The notes beneath the pieces were generated by a model that searched no databases, was not told the origin of the DNA, and saw only the letters and a program-made list of their open reading frames with translations. A stretch of DNA of 64,000 nt from Octopus vulgaris (lineage: Eukaryota), in assembly GCA_951406725.2 (NCBI GenBank), contig OX597834.1, positions 39,990,001 through 40,054,000 of the forward strand, given 5' to 3'. Below, one piece after another: positions 1-12,962 of the stretch. Position 1 is the first letter of the stretch. Each line of letters starts with the position of its first letter. A program made the position numbers and the translations under genes.

Positions 1-9
1 TTCAGTTAC

Positions 10-222
10 TTTTCGGCACCGCTTTGTGTGTGTGTATGATAGATTGCTAGCCACTAAACCTTTTTCTATTTTCTCTCCCTGTTTATTTCTGTGTTCCTTT
101 CTGTCGAAGAGCATAGGCTCGAAATGTAAAAGACGTTCTCACTTTCTGAGCGTTAAACTAATACATCTGTTTGTTGTTTACACATCCATCTTCGTCTTTT
201 GTTTCTTTTTGTAAGTTCACAC
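10..222 (+). mobile_element. Penelope-like element (pseudo-LTR) fragment with hammerhead-like core, copy 1
   Basis: CTGTCGA-A-GAGC-ATAG-GCTC-GAAAT at 101-125, then AGCGTT at 149-154. Homologous to minus-strand copies at 20145, 36447 and 51638. Ends in a TA/CA microsatellite. Penelope assignment is inference from the motif. Confidence 0.55.
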
Positions 223-233
223 TATATACATAT

Positions 234-274
<41 letters not shown>

Positions 275-300
275 CACACACATACACACACACATAGACA

Positions 301-520
301 TATGAGGGGGTGCCGAATAGTTCCTGGCTTTAAGGGTATAGCAAAAGGCCAAGTTGAAGGCCCAACATTCCAAGTTCTTTTAAGGGCTTAGAAAAACTGA
401 AGGACCACTGCAAAAAGTGTGCGAATCTGAGAGGGGAATATGTTGAATAAAATCATAATTAACTGATCCTCCTGTATTTTCTTTTACCAGAAGCCAGGAA
501 CTTTTTAGCGCACCCTCATA
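301..520 (+). mobile_element. Mariner-type MITE (internally deleted)
   Basis: About 28-bp imperfect TIRs (tgagggggtgccgaatagttcctggctt / aagccaggaactttttagcgcaccctca) flanked by TA at 301-302 and 519-520. The interior encodes LEKLKDHCKKCANLRGEYVE*, resembling a mariner transposase C-terminus. Confidence 0.8.
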
Positions 521-707
521 TGTGTGCATGTGTGTGTGTGTGTGTCTGTCTGTATGTATATACACACATATTCTTCAGAACTGTGCATACACTAAATATA
601 AATAAACAAATATATATATAAAATTTTATCTCTCCCACATCACATTATTTACACATACACACACAAACATGCATGCAAGCATACATGCATGCACATACAC
701 GTGTGTG

Positions 708-1504
<797 letters not shown>

Positions 1505-1824
1505 ATGTTTTTCCATTAACCAATATTCCTGCCGAAGTTTAAAACACAAAGATCTGTTAGACTCAACAACGATGACAACAACAACAATGACAACAACAGC
1601 AACAACAAGAACAACGATAATAACAAAAACAGCATAAACGTAATATCTAATGCTATCAGAAACATTTAGGAGCAAAAAAAAAAACAATAAACAATAAACA
1701 AATCACTTTGTCAAGAAAAACACTGGAGGTGGGTGGCTGGGTGGGGGGCGGGGAGCATTTATGTTAATAGAGATGCTAGTTTAAGATGATGAGAATCGGA
1801 GTAAGGTGGAGGCGGGGGGGATCT

Positions 1825-1861
<37 letters not shown>

Positions 1862-1885
1862 ACGGTATTATTGGTTTCACTTTAC

Positions 1886-1915
1886 CTTACGTTCTACAGT
1901 TGTGTTGTTGCCCAT
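1886..1915 (-). CDS. Candidate first coding micro-exon MGNNTTVERK
   Basis: gctATGG start, 10 codons, then AAG|GTAAAG donor (phase 0) in a non-repetitive island. A competing donor (C|GTAAGG) and an upstream ATG in another frame exist. Confidence 0.2.
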
Positions 1916-2041
1916 AGCAGCCTCTTTGACAGTGTGTGTATATTAGTTTGAAGAGGATGTATATTTTCGTTGCAAGAAGCATCTTTGCCTTTAAGATGTC
2001 TTTGGTTACATGTAAACAATGAAAGAGCCGATGGGAGGGGC

Positions 2042-2080
<39 letters not shown>

Positions 2081-2899
2081 GAGAGAGGGAGAGGAAAATG
2101 AGAAGAGAAAAAGAGAAAATAAAATGGTAAGAGAGGTAGTGGGGCAGAAGCACAGATAAGAATATGTATTGTTTATACATGTACGTATGCATGTATGTAT
2201 GTATTTGTATCTATAGATATACACACACATACACACACACACATGTATATATATATACTCACACATACAATATTGAAAGTAGGCGTGTGTGTGTGTATGT
2301 ATGTATATATATATATATATACGTACGCACACAGATATATATTGTGTGTGCATGTATATTATATACATCAATATATATATATATATATACATAAATATAT
2401 ATATATATATATATATATACATCAATATATATATATATATACAATATTGAAAGTAGGTGTGTGTGTACACACAGTTATGTACATACTTATACATTTATAA
2501 ATATATATATCAAGATATATATATATATACACACACATAAGGATATATACATATATATACACATACACACATGCATACACATATGCATACATACACACAC
2601 ACACATGTATATGTATGTTTGCATGTGCAATATGACTAATGTATCTCTAGACGTTGCCACAAATACACACACACACCAATAAATATGCATCCACACACAC
2701 ACACACAGAGGTAATGTAAGTCTCCAGACACATTAAATATATTGGGAAGTAATTCACATAAACAAAAGCAGATGTTAACAAATGCTTTAGTTTAGCAAGA
2801 TACCAGTAATACGGTGACTGATACAGGTTATAAAGAACATGATTAAAAGCTTCAGTTTTGTACAGTATCATCTGTCTAAAGTAGAGCTTCTCACCTGAG

Positions 2900-2983
2900 G
2901 TCCATATGGCCATTGGGTGTCCATATGGCCATTGGGGGTCCATATGGCCATTGGGGGTCCATATGGCCATTGGGTGTCCATAT
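2900..2983. repeat. 19-bp minisatellite, about 4.4 copies
   Basis: gtccatatggccattggg(g/t) starting at 2900, 2919, 2938, 2957 and 2976. Confidence 0.95.
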
Positions 2984-3069
2984 AAGATTTCATTGTTAAA
3001 ATTTATGAGCAATAAATTGCTTTTACTTCGATGCACAAAATATTTTCATTTTTTTTATACAATTCCTAA

Positions 3070-3456
3070 TCTCTCTATATAAAGCTGAAGTTGTCTGTGT
3101 ATGGCAGGCTTGGTAGCCTTCAACTAACACTATCTCCTCTGAGACCCTGCGGCGCAAGTTGACCAAAATTGAGAGTATGATAGAAGAAGGCTTGCTCTTC
3201 CTTCCGTAGGAGAAAAGATTCAAATTGGACCATGTTAACACCAAAAATTATTTACATCAAAAAGATGCTTTTTTTCTATGAAAATCCCTATTTTTTACGA
3301 CTATTTGACTGCTGTGTCGCCATTTTTTTGGTGTATTTCACTTAAATGTTCACTTAAAGAGAATAACAAGTTACATAATGCAAAATTTTTACTTTTCAAA
3401 AATTCCAATTCTAATGGGTCGAAACAAACCCAAGCAATGCCGGGCAATACTGCTCG
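3070..3456 (+). mobile_element. Non-autonomous Helitron-like element
   Basis: Starts A|TCtctctatataaag. Ends with a degenerate hairpin (cccaagcaatgccggg) and CTCG|T in place of CTAG. No TSD. Further 5' copies at 23377-23546 and 28906-29106. Confidence 0.6.
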
Positions 3457-3625
3457 TAATATTTAATTATAAAAATTTATTTTTTATATATATTGAATGG
3501 TTAATAGTAGAAGATGCTTCTGCAGGGCACCACACACTGGAATTGAACTCAAAACCATATGGTTATAAAAGAGCCACTTAACCACTCAAGGAAATGAAAT
3601 TATGCTTACAACATCTTGTTGAGTA

Positions 3626-3869
3626 GTGGAGGCGTGTGGCTTAGTGGTTAGGGTGTTGAACTCATAATCGTAAGGTTGTGGTTTCGATTCCTGGACCGGG
3701 CAATACGTTATGTTCTTGAGCAAAACACTTCATTTCATGTTGCTCCAGTCCACTCAGCTAGCAAAAATGAGTAATCCGGCGATGGACTGGCGTCTCGTCC
3801 AGGTGGGGAATTTCTCCTCCACTGAAACTGGGAAACCAGCCCTTATGAGCCTGGCAAGCCTCCAGAAGG
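3626..3869 (+). mobile_element. tRNA-derived SINE (family D), full length with TSD
   Basis: A box TGGCTTAGTGG at 3637-3647 and B box GTTTCGATTCC at 3681-3691. 16-bp TSD aacatc(t/a)tgttgagta at 3610-3625 and 3870-3885. Related copies near 34780-35085 and 18715-18805. Confidence 0.9.
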
Positions 3870-4261
3870 AACATCATGTTGAGTAATGCCTTAGAATAGT
3901 TTAAAATTATAAGATTTTGTTTTTTAAAAAAATATCAATAAATAACCAGTAATCTACTAAGGTCCAATTGTTTCTACTCCAACCATTTCTCATAGGGAAG
4001 ACAAAATCTAAATAATTTTCTATAAGCTAAAAATGCATCAAGTTTCACCCTTTTACTGCGGAAACCAGATATTAACCAATCAAAATTTTATTATCCTTAA
4101 CTGCAGAAAACAGTTTTATGTATCATTCTAACTTTTGCTAAGGAATGACATGTCTGGAACTATTTTCTGTTAAGATATGTAAAGTTGATCGAAGCAACAT
4201 GTCTTACAGAAAATACCAAAAGAGATTGAAGATCATTACTGAAATCTCTTAGATTTTATTT

Positions 4262-4445
4262 GTTTAGTCTTTGGACTGTGCCCATGTTGGGGCACTGCTT
4301 TGAAGGGTTTAGTCAAACAATTTGACCTCGATACTTATTTTTTAAGCCTGGTACCTATTCTATTGATCTCTTATTCAGTGGGACTGAACCTGGAACCATG
4401 TGGTTTGTGCGCAAGCTTCTTACTACACAGCCACTCCTACGCCTA
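4262..4445 (-). mobile_element. SINE family A, internally deleted (tail fused to head)
   Basis: Matches the tail and head of the full copies at 28306 and 60921, with the middle missing. Confidence 0.75.
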
Positions 4446-4633
4446 TATTATAATATAAATAAATTACTGGATTGTCAAATAAATCTCTCTATTTAATTGA
4501 TCTATAATTTGCATTATACCCATATTTATGAGGTATTCAACTGACGTACCAGTGAATTGGATGTTTTACACACTGCTTTGAAAGAATTCCTTTCCTAAGC
4601 TTGTTACTATAGTTACTATATATATATATATAT

Positions 4634-4858
4634 AGGTGAGCTGGCAGAAACGTTAGCGCGCCGGACAAAATGCGTAGCCGTATTTCGTCTGTCGTTACAT
4701 TCTGAGTTCAAATTCCGCCAAGGTCGACTTTGCCTTTCATCCTTTCGGGGTTGATAAATAAAGTACCAGTTTCTCACTGGAGGTCGATGTAATCAACTTA
4801 ATCCCTTCGTCTGTCCTTGTTTGTCCCCTTTATGTTTAACCCCTTGTGGGCAATAAAG

Positions 4859-4862
<4 letters not shown>
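4634..4862 (+). mobile_element. SINE family B
   Basis: ggtgagctggcagaaacgttag...gagttcaaattc (B box)...gcctttcatcctttcgggg...aaagaaat. Inserted in (TA)n. At least 12 copies or variants in the window. Confidence 0.9.
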
Positions 4863-4901
<39 letters not shown>

Positions 4902-5419
4902 TACAGGGATTTTTCAGCTTCCAACTACCAAATCCACTCGTAATGCTTTGGTCAGTTAGCAGCAGTATAAAACACTTTCCCAAGGTGTCACATTGTGGGA
5001 TTGAACCCAAGGCCATATGACCGGGAGGCAAACTTCTCACCACACAGCCATGCCTCGGCCTGTGCCACAAGTGTTAAATAACATCAATATGAACAACAAC
5101 AAAATGTTATTTAATACTGTGATTTTTATCCCTGCCTTTCAGTAATATGTGCACATAACATCTCCGCTTGTTGCAGTTTCTCTGACTAAAAGAAAGAGGT
5201 TCTTCCGACTACTTCACGTTTAAGTGGTCTGCAGGAGGAAGGACATCAAGATGTGGAAAAAAATTATCACGATGCAAACACCCTCTCCACTTATGTGAGC
5301 ATGGAGAAATAAGTGTGAAATACTTCTGAAAAATTCCAATGAGATCATTTAAATCATTGGCAGTTAAAACCGGTTAGAAGCAGTTTTATATATTTTTGCA
5401 GCTTGAATCTTAAGTCAAT

Positions 5420-5800
5420 GAGTTTAAAATTGTCCAAGTTTCAACTTGTTAAAACCAATTCAAATTGTCACAATTTAAACCTGTTGAAACTAGTTTAAAT
5501 CATTCAGTTTAAATCATTTCAGTTTTAACTTGTTAAAACCAGTTTAAATTATCACAGTTTAACCCTGCTAACACCAGTTTAAGCTTGTTAAAACCAGTTT
5601 AAATCATTTCAGTTTTAACTTGTTAAACCAGTTTAAATTATCGCAGTTTAACTCTGCTAACACCAGTTTAAGCTTGTTAAAACCAGTTTAAATCAACACA
5701 GTTTAAATCATTTCAGTTTTAACTTGTTAAAACCAGTTTATATAATTACGGTATAAACTCATTAAAATTAGTTTAAATTAACATAGTTTAAACTTGTTAA
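5420..5800. repeat. Degenerate AT-rich minisatellite (ttgttaaaaccagtttaaat subunits)
   Basis: Repeated cagtttaa units with a higher-order duplication of about 85-90 bp around 5506-5690. Confidence 0.85.
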
Positions 5801-6109
5801 AGAAAAGAAGAGTGGTTCAAAATAGTCAAATATCATCATCATCATCATTATTTAATGTCCATTTTCCATGCTGGCATAGGCTGGATGGTTTGACTGAAGC
5901 TGACCAGCTGAAGGGATGTTTAGGCACCCTGTCTGTTTTTGGCCTGGTTTCTACAGTTGGATGACCTTCCTAACACCAACCACTTTACAGAGTGTACTGG
6001 GTGCTTTTACGCAACAATGGTATGGGTGCAAGATTAGGGATGCTCAGCAGGCAACCATGCTTTTATTTAGCTTGACGTGTCTTTTCAAATATATATATAT
6101 ATATGTATA

Positions 6110-6690
6110 TATAATCATATATAATCATTCAAAAGAAATTAAGAAAATGGAAATATAACTTTTAATAAAAATGTATTATTTGCAAAAATCAAACATAGTA
6201 CCTTACAGCTGTTTCAATTAAGCTTAATAGATTAAATAGCAATTTACAAGATGCATCTCATTAAAATAACGTCTGTTCTGCAAGTTTTCTTATCGACATG
6301 TGTATACAAAAGCAGCAAATTAAGGGACACAGCTTCATTATTACAGAAGATCAATAATAAATCAAAGATGCAAATACACAATACAATGAAAAATGTATGT
6401 ATACATATATATATATATATATATATACGATATAGTGTATATTTAAACACATGAGGAACCCACTTATAGGAATTCAACACGCCAGAAAGAACAGCTAGGT
6501 TCTATAACCACAAAAATTAGGGATAAAATTTGACAGGAACGAAATGAAAAATAAAAACATTTTACCATCTAGTTTAAATATACACTATATCGTATAACTA
6601 ATATATAGTCTTTTGGACTAAATTTTTTACACGTTAGACCACTGGAAATGTAAATTTTAATTAATTTCCATTTCCCTTTGATATGATTAT
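6110..6690. mobile_element. Putative Penelope-derived fragments in inverted arrangement
   Basis: Perfect 25-bp inverted repeat at 6424-6448 / 6572-6596. Similar outer ends (ataatcat...aaatggaaat). GAAACAGCTGTA on the minus strand at 6204-6215. Flanked by TA runs. Confidence 0.4.
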
Positions 6691-6710
6691 ATATATATAT
6701 ATATATATAT

Positions 6711-7190
6711 GTAAAAAAATACAAACTGGGACAAGAACGCAAAACATTTAGAAGACGATACAAAAACATGGACAGGACATTCGAAGCCTTCAATCTTCAG
6801 TCAAGAACCAGATCATCCTAGCAATTTCAGCTGATTAATCCTGATATCGCTCCGATCCAGCCAGCCCCAAGGAAAAACTAAGCTGTGAGCATTAGATTTC
6901 TTGGAAAAAGGATTGAATGTATATGAAACAAGGACAGAAAAACGGACAATGCCACACGAATATAAAATACAAAAAACAATAATAGTAAAAACAGGACAAA
7001 AACAGCGGGTATCTTACGACTAATAGACAGTACAACTTAGTTTATGGGTAAGTTGAAATTTATTACTTACTGCTAGCTTGGAAGTAGTTCCCATTTCCAT
7101 ATTGCCACCATCAACAGAAGGAACCAGTGGCATGCTACCACGCCTGTCATTGGAAAATTTCTCATTAGAAGAATCTGGAAGAAATGAAAT
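6711..7190 (-). mobile_element. Putative Penelope-like element 3' end / pseudo-LTR
   Basis: Begins at a (TA)n tract. The minus strand carries CTGAAGA-TTGAAGGCTTC-GAAT at 6800-6779. Confidence 0.35.
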
Positions 7191-7303
7191 AAATTACAAT
7201 TATTATTGTTGTCGTTGTTGTTATTGTTTTTATTATGGTTAACGCTTTAGTGCTTAATCCAGTTATATCTGGTCCAAATATTCTACCTGTTCTATGTTCG
7301 AAC

Positions 7304-7376
7304 CAGTGCTGTGGAGTCGGAACCAATTAAGGGGTAGCTGGAGTCGGAGTCAGTAAAACAATACCGACTCCGACTC
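7304..7376. mobile_element. Short MITE remnant with GGAGTC / GACTCC subrepeats
   Basis: cagtgctgtggagtcgg...ggagtcggagtc...ccgactccgactc, an inverted subrepeat structure. Confidence 0.45.
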
Positions 7377-7384
7377 ATAGTATC

Positions 7385-7850
7385 TTCCATCTACCAAATC
7401 CACTCATAATGCTTTGGTCAGCTAGCAGCTATAGGAAACACTTTCCCAAGGTGCCACATTGTAGGATTAAACCCAAGTCCATATGACCAGGAGGCAAACT
7501 TCTCACCACACAGCCACGCCTCTGCCTGTGCCATATAGACAAAGCGACCAAAGCCTTGTGCGTGGATTTGGTAGACGGAAACTGAAAGAAGCCCATCATA
7601 TATATGTATATGTATATATGTGTGTGTGTTTGTGTGTCTGTGTTTGGTCCCCCCAACATCGCTTGACAACCGATGCTGTTGTATTTACGTCCCCGTAGCT
7701 TAACGGTTTGGCAAAAGAGACCAATAGAATAGGTACTAGGCTTACAAAGAATAAGTCCTGTGGTCGATTTGCTCGACTAAAGGCGGTGCTCCAGCATGGC
7801 CACAGTCAAATGACTGAAACAAATAAAAGAGTAAAAGAGAAAAGAGTAAA
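7385..7850. mobile_element. SINE family A with inverted head (7385-7532 minus) and forward body and tail (7545-7850 plus)
   Basis: 7385-7420 is the reverse complement of 7547-7582. The tail ends in aaaagagt repeats. Confidence 0.85.
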
Positions 7851-8096
7851 CTGGTTTTATTAACTGAATTGCCTTAAAGTTGGGACCCCTTTGTTTTTCT
7901 CGTACTGCGGGTTTCCGCTCTTACTTCAAGACAAAAATTCGCACAAGTCTCAGCTCATACAACAAATTACTCATACAATGAGGCACTCATACTGCAAGGT
8001 TCTACTGTACCAGTGATACACTAGGGTCAATGTAATCAACTAATTCCCTCCCCCAAAATTCCAGGCTGTGTACCTTTAGTAAAAAGGATTATTATT

Positions 8097-8132
<36 letters not shown>

Positions 8133-8669
8133 CATCATCATTGTTGTTGTTGTTGTTGTTGTAGGTGTGTGGGAGTCTTCTATATTGCACACCTGTCATT
8201 GCCATGGTAACATGAAAAGAGATATCATTGTTATGATGATAATAATAATAATGATAGTGATGATGATGGGGAATGATGGAAATGATGCGAATGATTGTGA
8301 TGATGACAATAGGGTTGATGGTGGTGATGATGATGACAAATAAGAAAGTGATGACAACAACAACAACGCTGACAGTGACAGCAAAGAATGGTAAACTCAA
8401 GTTACAAAATCTTCAAAAACTTGTTATTTTGTAGTCATAGTAACAATTCCAAACTGTTGTAGTCTTAGAATATTGGAGAATGAAATTGTTTTGTAAATAA
8501 GATTATAATGTTTGAAAGGGAGAACAAAGAAATCCAGAGGAAGGGGAGAGCGCGGAAGAGGAGAGCGTGGAAGGGTGGGGCAGTATAAAAGGGGGGAGGA
8601 GAAATTGGTATTAAAGGCAGACAATTGAGGCATTAAAGTAAGAGATATTGCATTGTGTAGGGGGGGAGA

Positions 8670-9250
8670 ATGGGAAGAAGAAGAAGAAGAGAGGAATTGA
8701 AAGAAGAAGAAGAAAGAGGAGGCGGAGGAGGGGGAGGAATTGAAAGAAGAAGAAGTAAGAGGAGGAGGAGGAATTGGAAGAGAAGGAAGAAGAAGAAGAA
8801 GAAGAAGAAGAAGAAGAAGAAGAAGAAGAAGAAGAAGAAGAAGAAGAAGAAGAAGAAGAAGAGAAGAAGAGAGAAGAAGAAGAAGAAGAAGAAGAAGAAG
8901 AAGAAGGAGGAGAAGAAGAAGGGAAGAAGAAGAAGAAGAAGAAGAAGAAGAAGAAGAAGAAGAGAAAGAAAGAAGAAGAAGGAGGAGAGAAGAAGAAGAA
9001 GAAGAAGAAGAAGGAGAAGAAGAAGGAGAAGAAGAAGGAGAAGAAGAAGAAGAAGAAGAAGAAGAAGAAGAAGAAGGAGAAGAAGAAGAAGAACTGGAAG
9101 AAGAAGAAGAAGAAGAAGAAGAAGAAGAAGAAGAAGAAGAAGAAGAAGAAGAAGAAGAAAGAGGAACAGAAGAAGAAAAACTGAAAGAAGTAGAATTGAA
9201 AGAAGAGAATGAAGAAGAAAAACTGGGAAAAGAAGAATAAGAAGAAGTAA
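8670..9250. repeat. (GAA)n / (GGA)n polypurine tract
   Basis: Directly visible; the source of the poly-E/K/R and poly-S/F/L ORFs. Confidence 0.98.
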
Positions 9251-9746
9251 TTAGAATCTGACAAATTAGAAAAAAAAAAGTTGAATTTTCCAAAACTGTT
9301 TCCTTCTCCCTTGTATTCTTCAACAATGGAGAGATTAATAAAAATCGTTTCCTCCCGGATGTTATTTGCTGGTGTTTATTGCTGCTGCTGTTGTTGTTGT
9401 TGCTGATGTTGCATATTTATTTATTTATTTAAAGGATTAGCTTTGATGTATTGTCGGGTGGGTCAGTTGGGTGAGGCGTAAGGAGGAGGACCGAGAGAGG
9501 GGGGAAGAAAAAAAAAGGGAATGATGTTAAATTAACGTTGCCTTAGCTTAGACGGAAGTTTTTGGTAAAAGATGGCGAAGATCAAACACGAATTGAAAGG
9601 ATTCTTGGAGGAAAATTAAGACTTTCATTTTGCCAATAAATGCAAAAAGGAAAGAAAAAACTATTAAAGAAGAAATTTAAATTAAAGGTAAGAATAATAT
9701 AATAAATTTCATTGAAAATATACTGAAAAAGTTACTATATACATGC

Positions 9747-9778
<32 letters not shown>

Positions 9779-9922
9779 CCACATACATACATGCATATAT
9801 ATATATATATATAAATATATACACTCACATATATACACACACACAGACTCACACACATACATATATATATATATATACACTCACATACATACATATATAT
9901 ATAAATATATACACTCACAAAC

Positions 9923-9965
<43 letters not shown>

Positions 9966-10128
9966 CACTCGAATACATATACATACAACATATATAGATA
10001 TACACATATACACAAACATGCATATATATATATATATATATATACATACATACATACATAAGCATATACAATAAAGTGTGGTTGTGGTGGTGCTGATAAT
10101 GGTAATGTTATATATATATATGTGTGTG

Positions 10129-10195
<67 letters not shown>

Positions 10196-10552
10196 GCACA
10201 CACAAATATATGCTCTCACACACACATAAATACACATGCATATGTACACCTATGCAGACACACACGTGTGTATTTACATACTCATTGTATATTGTGTATA
10301 CAAATATAAAAACACACACACATATACACACATACATAGACAATCATATATACATATATAATTTTTAAGACTGTTCCGCAAGGTTCCACCCTTAAAAATA
10401 TTCACACACACTGTACACATACATGTGTCTGTCTGTGTGTGTGTGTGTGTATTGAAAGAATTTGTTATAAGAATTAGAAAAATCTGATCTTTAAACTAAA
10501 TTTCATGACAAAAGATTCCAGTAAATAAATAAACCAAAAAAAATTTAAATAA

Positions 10553-10612
<60 letters not shown>

Positions 10613-10824
10613 TAATAATAAAACAAGCGAAATAAAACCAAAATTATAAAATTTTACATGATTTTGTAGTTTTCTGGGTTAGAAAGGGAAAACAGGAACC
10701 CCCCAACTCCTCTCTCTCTCTTCCCCACCCCTGGTCCCCATCCCAGGCCCCCAATAAATATGGCCTGATTCGTTGTTGCTGAATAAACGGAATTGGTAAA
10801 CAGCAACAACAACAATAATTGCGT

Positions 10825-11170
10825 GGCAGTGGTGGTGGCGATGGTGGTGGTGGTAAAGATGAAGATGAACGATGATGGTGGTGGTGGTGGTGGTGGTGGT
10901 GGTGGTGGTGGCGATGGTGGTGGTAGTGGTGGTGGTGGTAGTGGCAGTGGTGGTGGTGGCGATGGTGGTGGTGGTGGTGGTAGTGGTGGTGGTGGTGGTG
11001 GTGGTGGTGGTGGTGGTGGTGGTGGTGGTGGTGGTGGTAGTGGTGGTGGTGGTGGTGGTGGTGGTAGTGGTGGTGGTGGTAGTGGTGGTGGTGGTGGTGG
11101 TGGTGGTGGTGGTGGTGGTGGCAGTGGTGGTGGTGGTAGTGGCGGTGGTGGTGGTGGTGGTGGTGGTGGT
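10825..11170. repeat. (GGT)n microsatellite
   Basis: Directly visible; all frames read as homopolymeric G, V or T. Confidence 0.98.
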
Positions 11171-11475
11171 TGTGATCATTGAAAAAAAAAAATTTATGCT
11201 TTGCACATTAAAATATGGCTTTATCTTTCCAAAGTGAAAATGAAGACAATTACAGAAAAAAAAAAAAGAAAAAGAAAAAAACACACTAAAACGAATTTAT
11301 GTTAGAATATTTGATGGGAAAAGCAAGTCTAATATTTGATTGATACATACAGCAGAAATGGTTTATGTAAGTATGTATGTATATGGGTGTGTGTGTGTGA
11401 ATATTAGTAGTATATACACACACACACAGTATGTATATATATTTATGCATATGAATATATGTATGTATATATGTT

Positions 11476-11512
<37 letters not shown>

Positions 11513-12644
11513 ATGTGTGTATATGTATCTATGTGTGTATGAGTATATATATATATATATATATGTATATGTACGTATATGTGTGTGTATGTGTATATGT
11601 TTTTGTGTGTATCTGTATATATAGATATATATATGTGTGTGTGTGTATGTATATATATATATGTGTTTATGTACATATGTGTGTGTGTATGTGCATATGT
11701 AGCTATGTGTGTGTATATATATATATATGTGTGTGTACATGTATGTGCATGTACATATAAAAATATACATATATAAGCATGTGTTTGTGTGTGTCATATA
11801 AGACGGATGTTAAATGTTGAATGATGGTATATATATATAAAACCATTTAATTGTTTCTCTTACTGCTTCTCTCGCTTCCTCTCCTTCCTCGCCTTCCACA
11901 AAGAGAGATTCATGTCTGCCTGCATTTTAATGCAAGACACTTCAAATATGGCCACAGCAAATACACAATGGCTCACTTGTGAACGCACAATTATGTCTTG
12001 CCTCATCTCATCTCATGTCTCTCTGTGACACTAGGCTGGGATATGGACAGATGGGGGAGGGTGAGCTAAAACAACAACCTTGGGCCCCTTTTTTTGAAGT
12101 CCAAATGTCCAACGCTCATAGGCATGCTTAGAAAATAACAAAAAACAAGGGAGGTGGATCTCTGAAAGGGGTCTCAGGGAATAGTGACCCTGCCTTCCTG
12201 AGCTAGTTTTCCACTACATTTCTTAAAAATTGTGGTAGAGGCCAAGGACTAGGGACCACTCATGTCTAGAAACTAAGGTTGGGGGTAAGCAAGGAGATGC
12301 TCCCTGTAGAAAATCCAGCTCCAAAACAGCCCCATGATAGCAAAGGAGAATGGGCACCAGCCAGCTCAAAGGTCGGGGTGGGCTGCACCTGCCTACCTCA
12401 GTTGCGATGGCATTGAAGCAGATCCGGCCACCCCCCATTAACGGGGACAAAACCTAGATTTAAAACACTGAATCATGATGATGATGGTGATGAAGCACAG
12501 CTCCCATGACTTTCGGAAACATTTTCTCCACGCTCAGAATTGTTGAAGCATGGAATAAACCAGCCGCATCCGTTTCTAGGTGTTGGGACACAAGATGCTC
12601 ATTCCCATGTTTTTCTTTTTATATATATATTTCTTCTTTTACGC

Positions 12645-12962
12645 TTCTATTTGTTTCAGTTATTTGACTCTGGCCATTCTGGGGCACCCCCTTGAAGAAT
12701 TTTAGTCAGACAGATTGACTCCAGTATCTATTTTTAAAACGTGGTACTTATTCTATTGCTCACTTCTGCTGGACTGCTAAGTTGCAGGGACATAAACACA
12801 CCAACACCAGATGTCAAGCAGTGGTGGAGGACAAACACAGACACAAACACACACACATATTTGGTGTGCTTCTTTCAGTTTCCGTCTACCAAATCCATTC
12901 ACAAGGATTTGGTCAGCCTGAGGATATAGTAGAAGATACTTGCCCAAGGTGCCATGCAGTCA
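12645..12962 (-). mobile_element. SINE family A, head-truncated
   Basis: Reverse complement of the family A body and tail. Confidence 0.8.

Noticed and set aside
3023-3244. Recurring peptide GRKSKPSSIILS...RRVSEEIVLVEGYQ (three ORFs) as a small gene family
   Set aside because: It is the antisense translation of the repeated Helitron-like element, and starts and ends differ among copies.
3626-3700. tRNA gene
   Set aside because: A and B boxes continue into a SINE body bounded by a TSD, and no full cloverleaf is evident. The same applies to the other SINE heads.
8424-9326. 300-aa Ser/Leu ORF and overlapping poly-E/K/R ORFs
   Set aside because: (GAA)n/(TTC)n tract with no codon-position structure.
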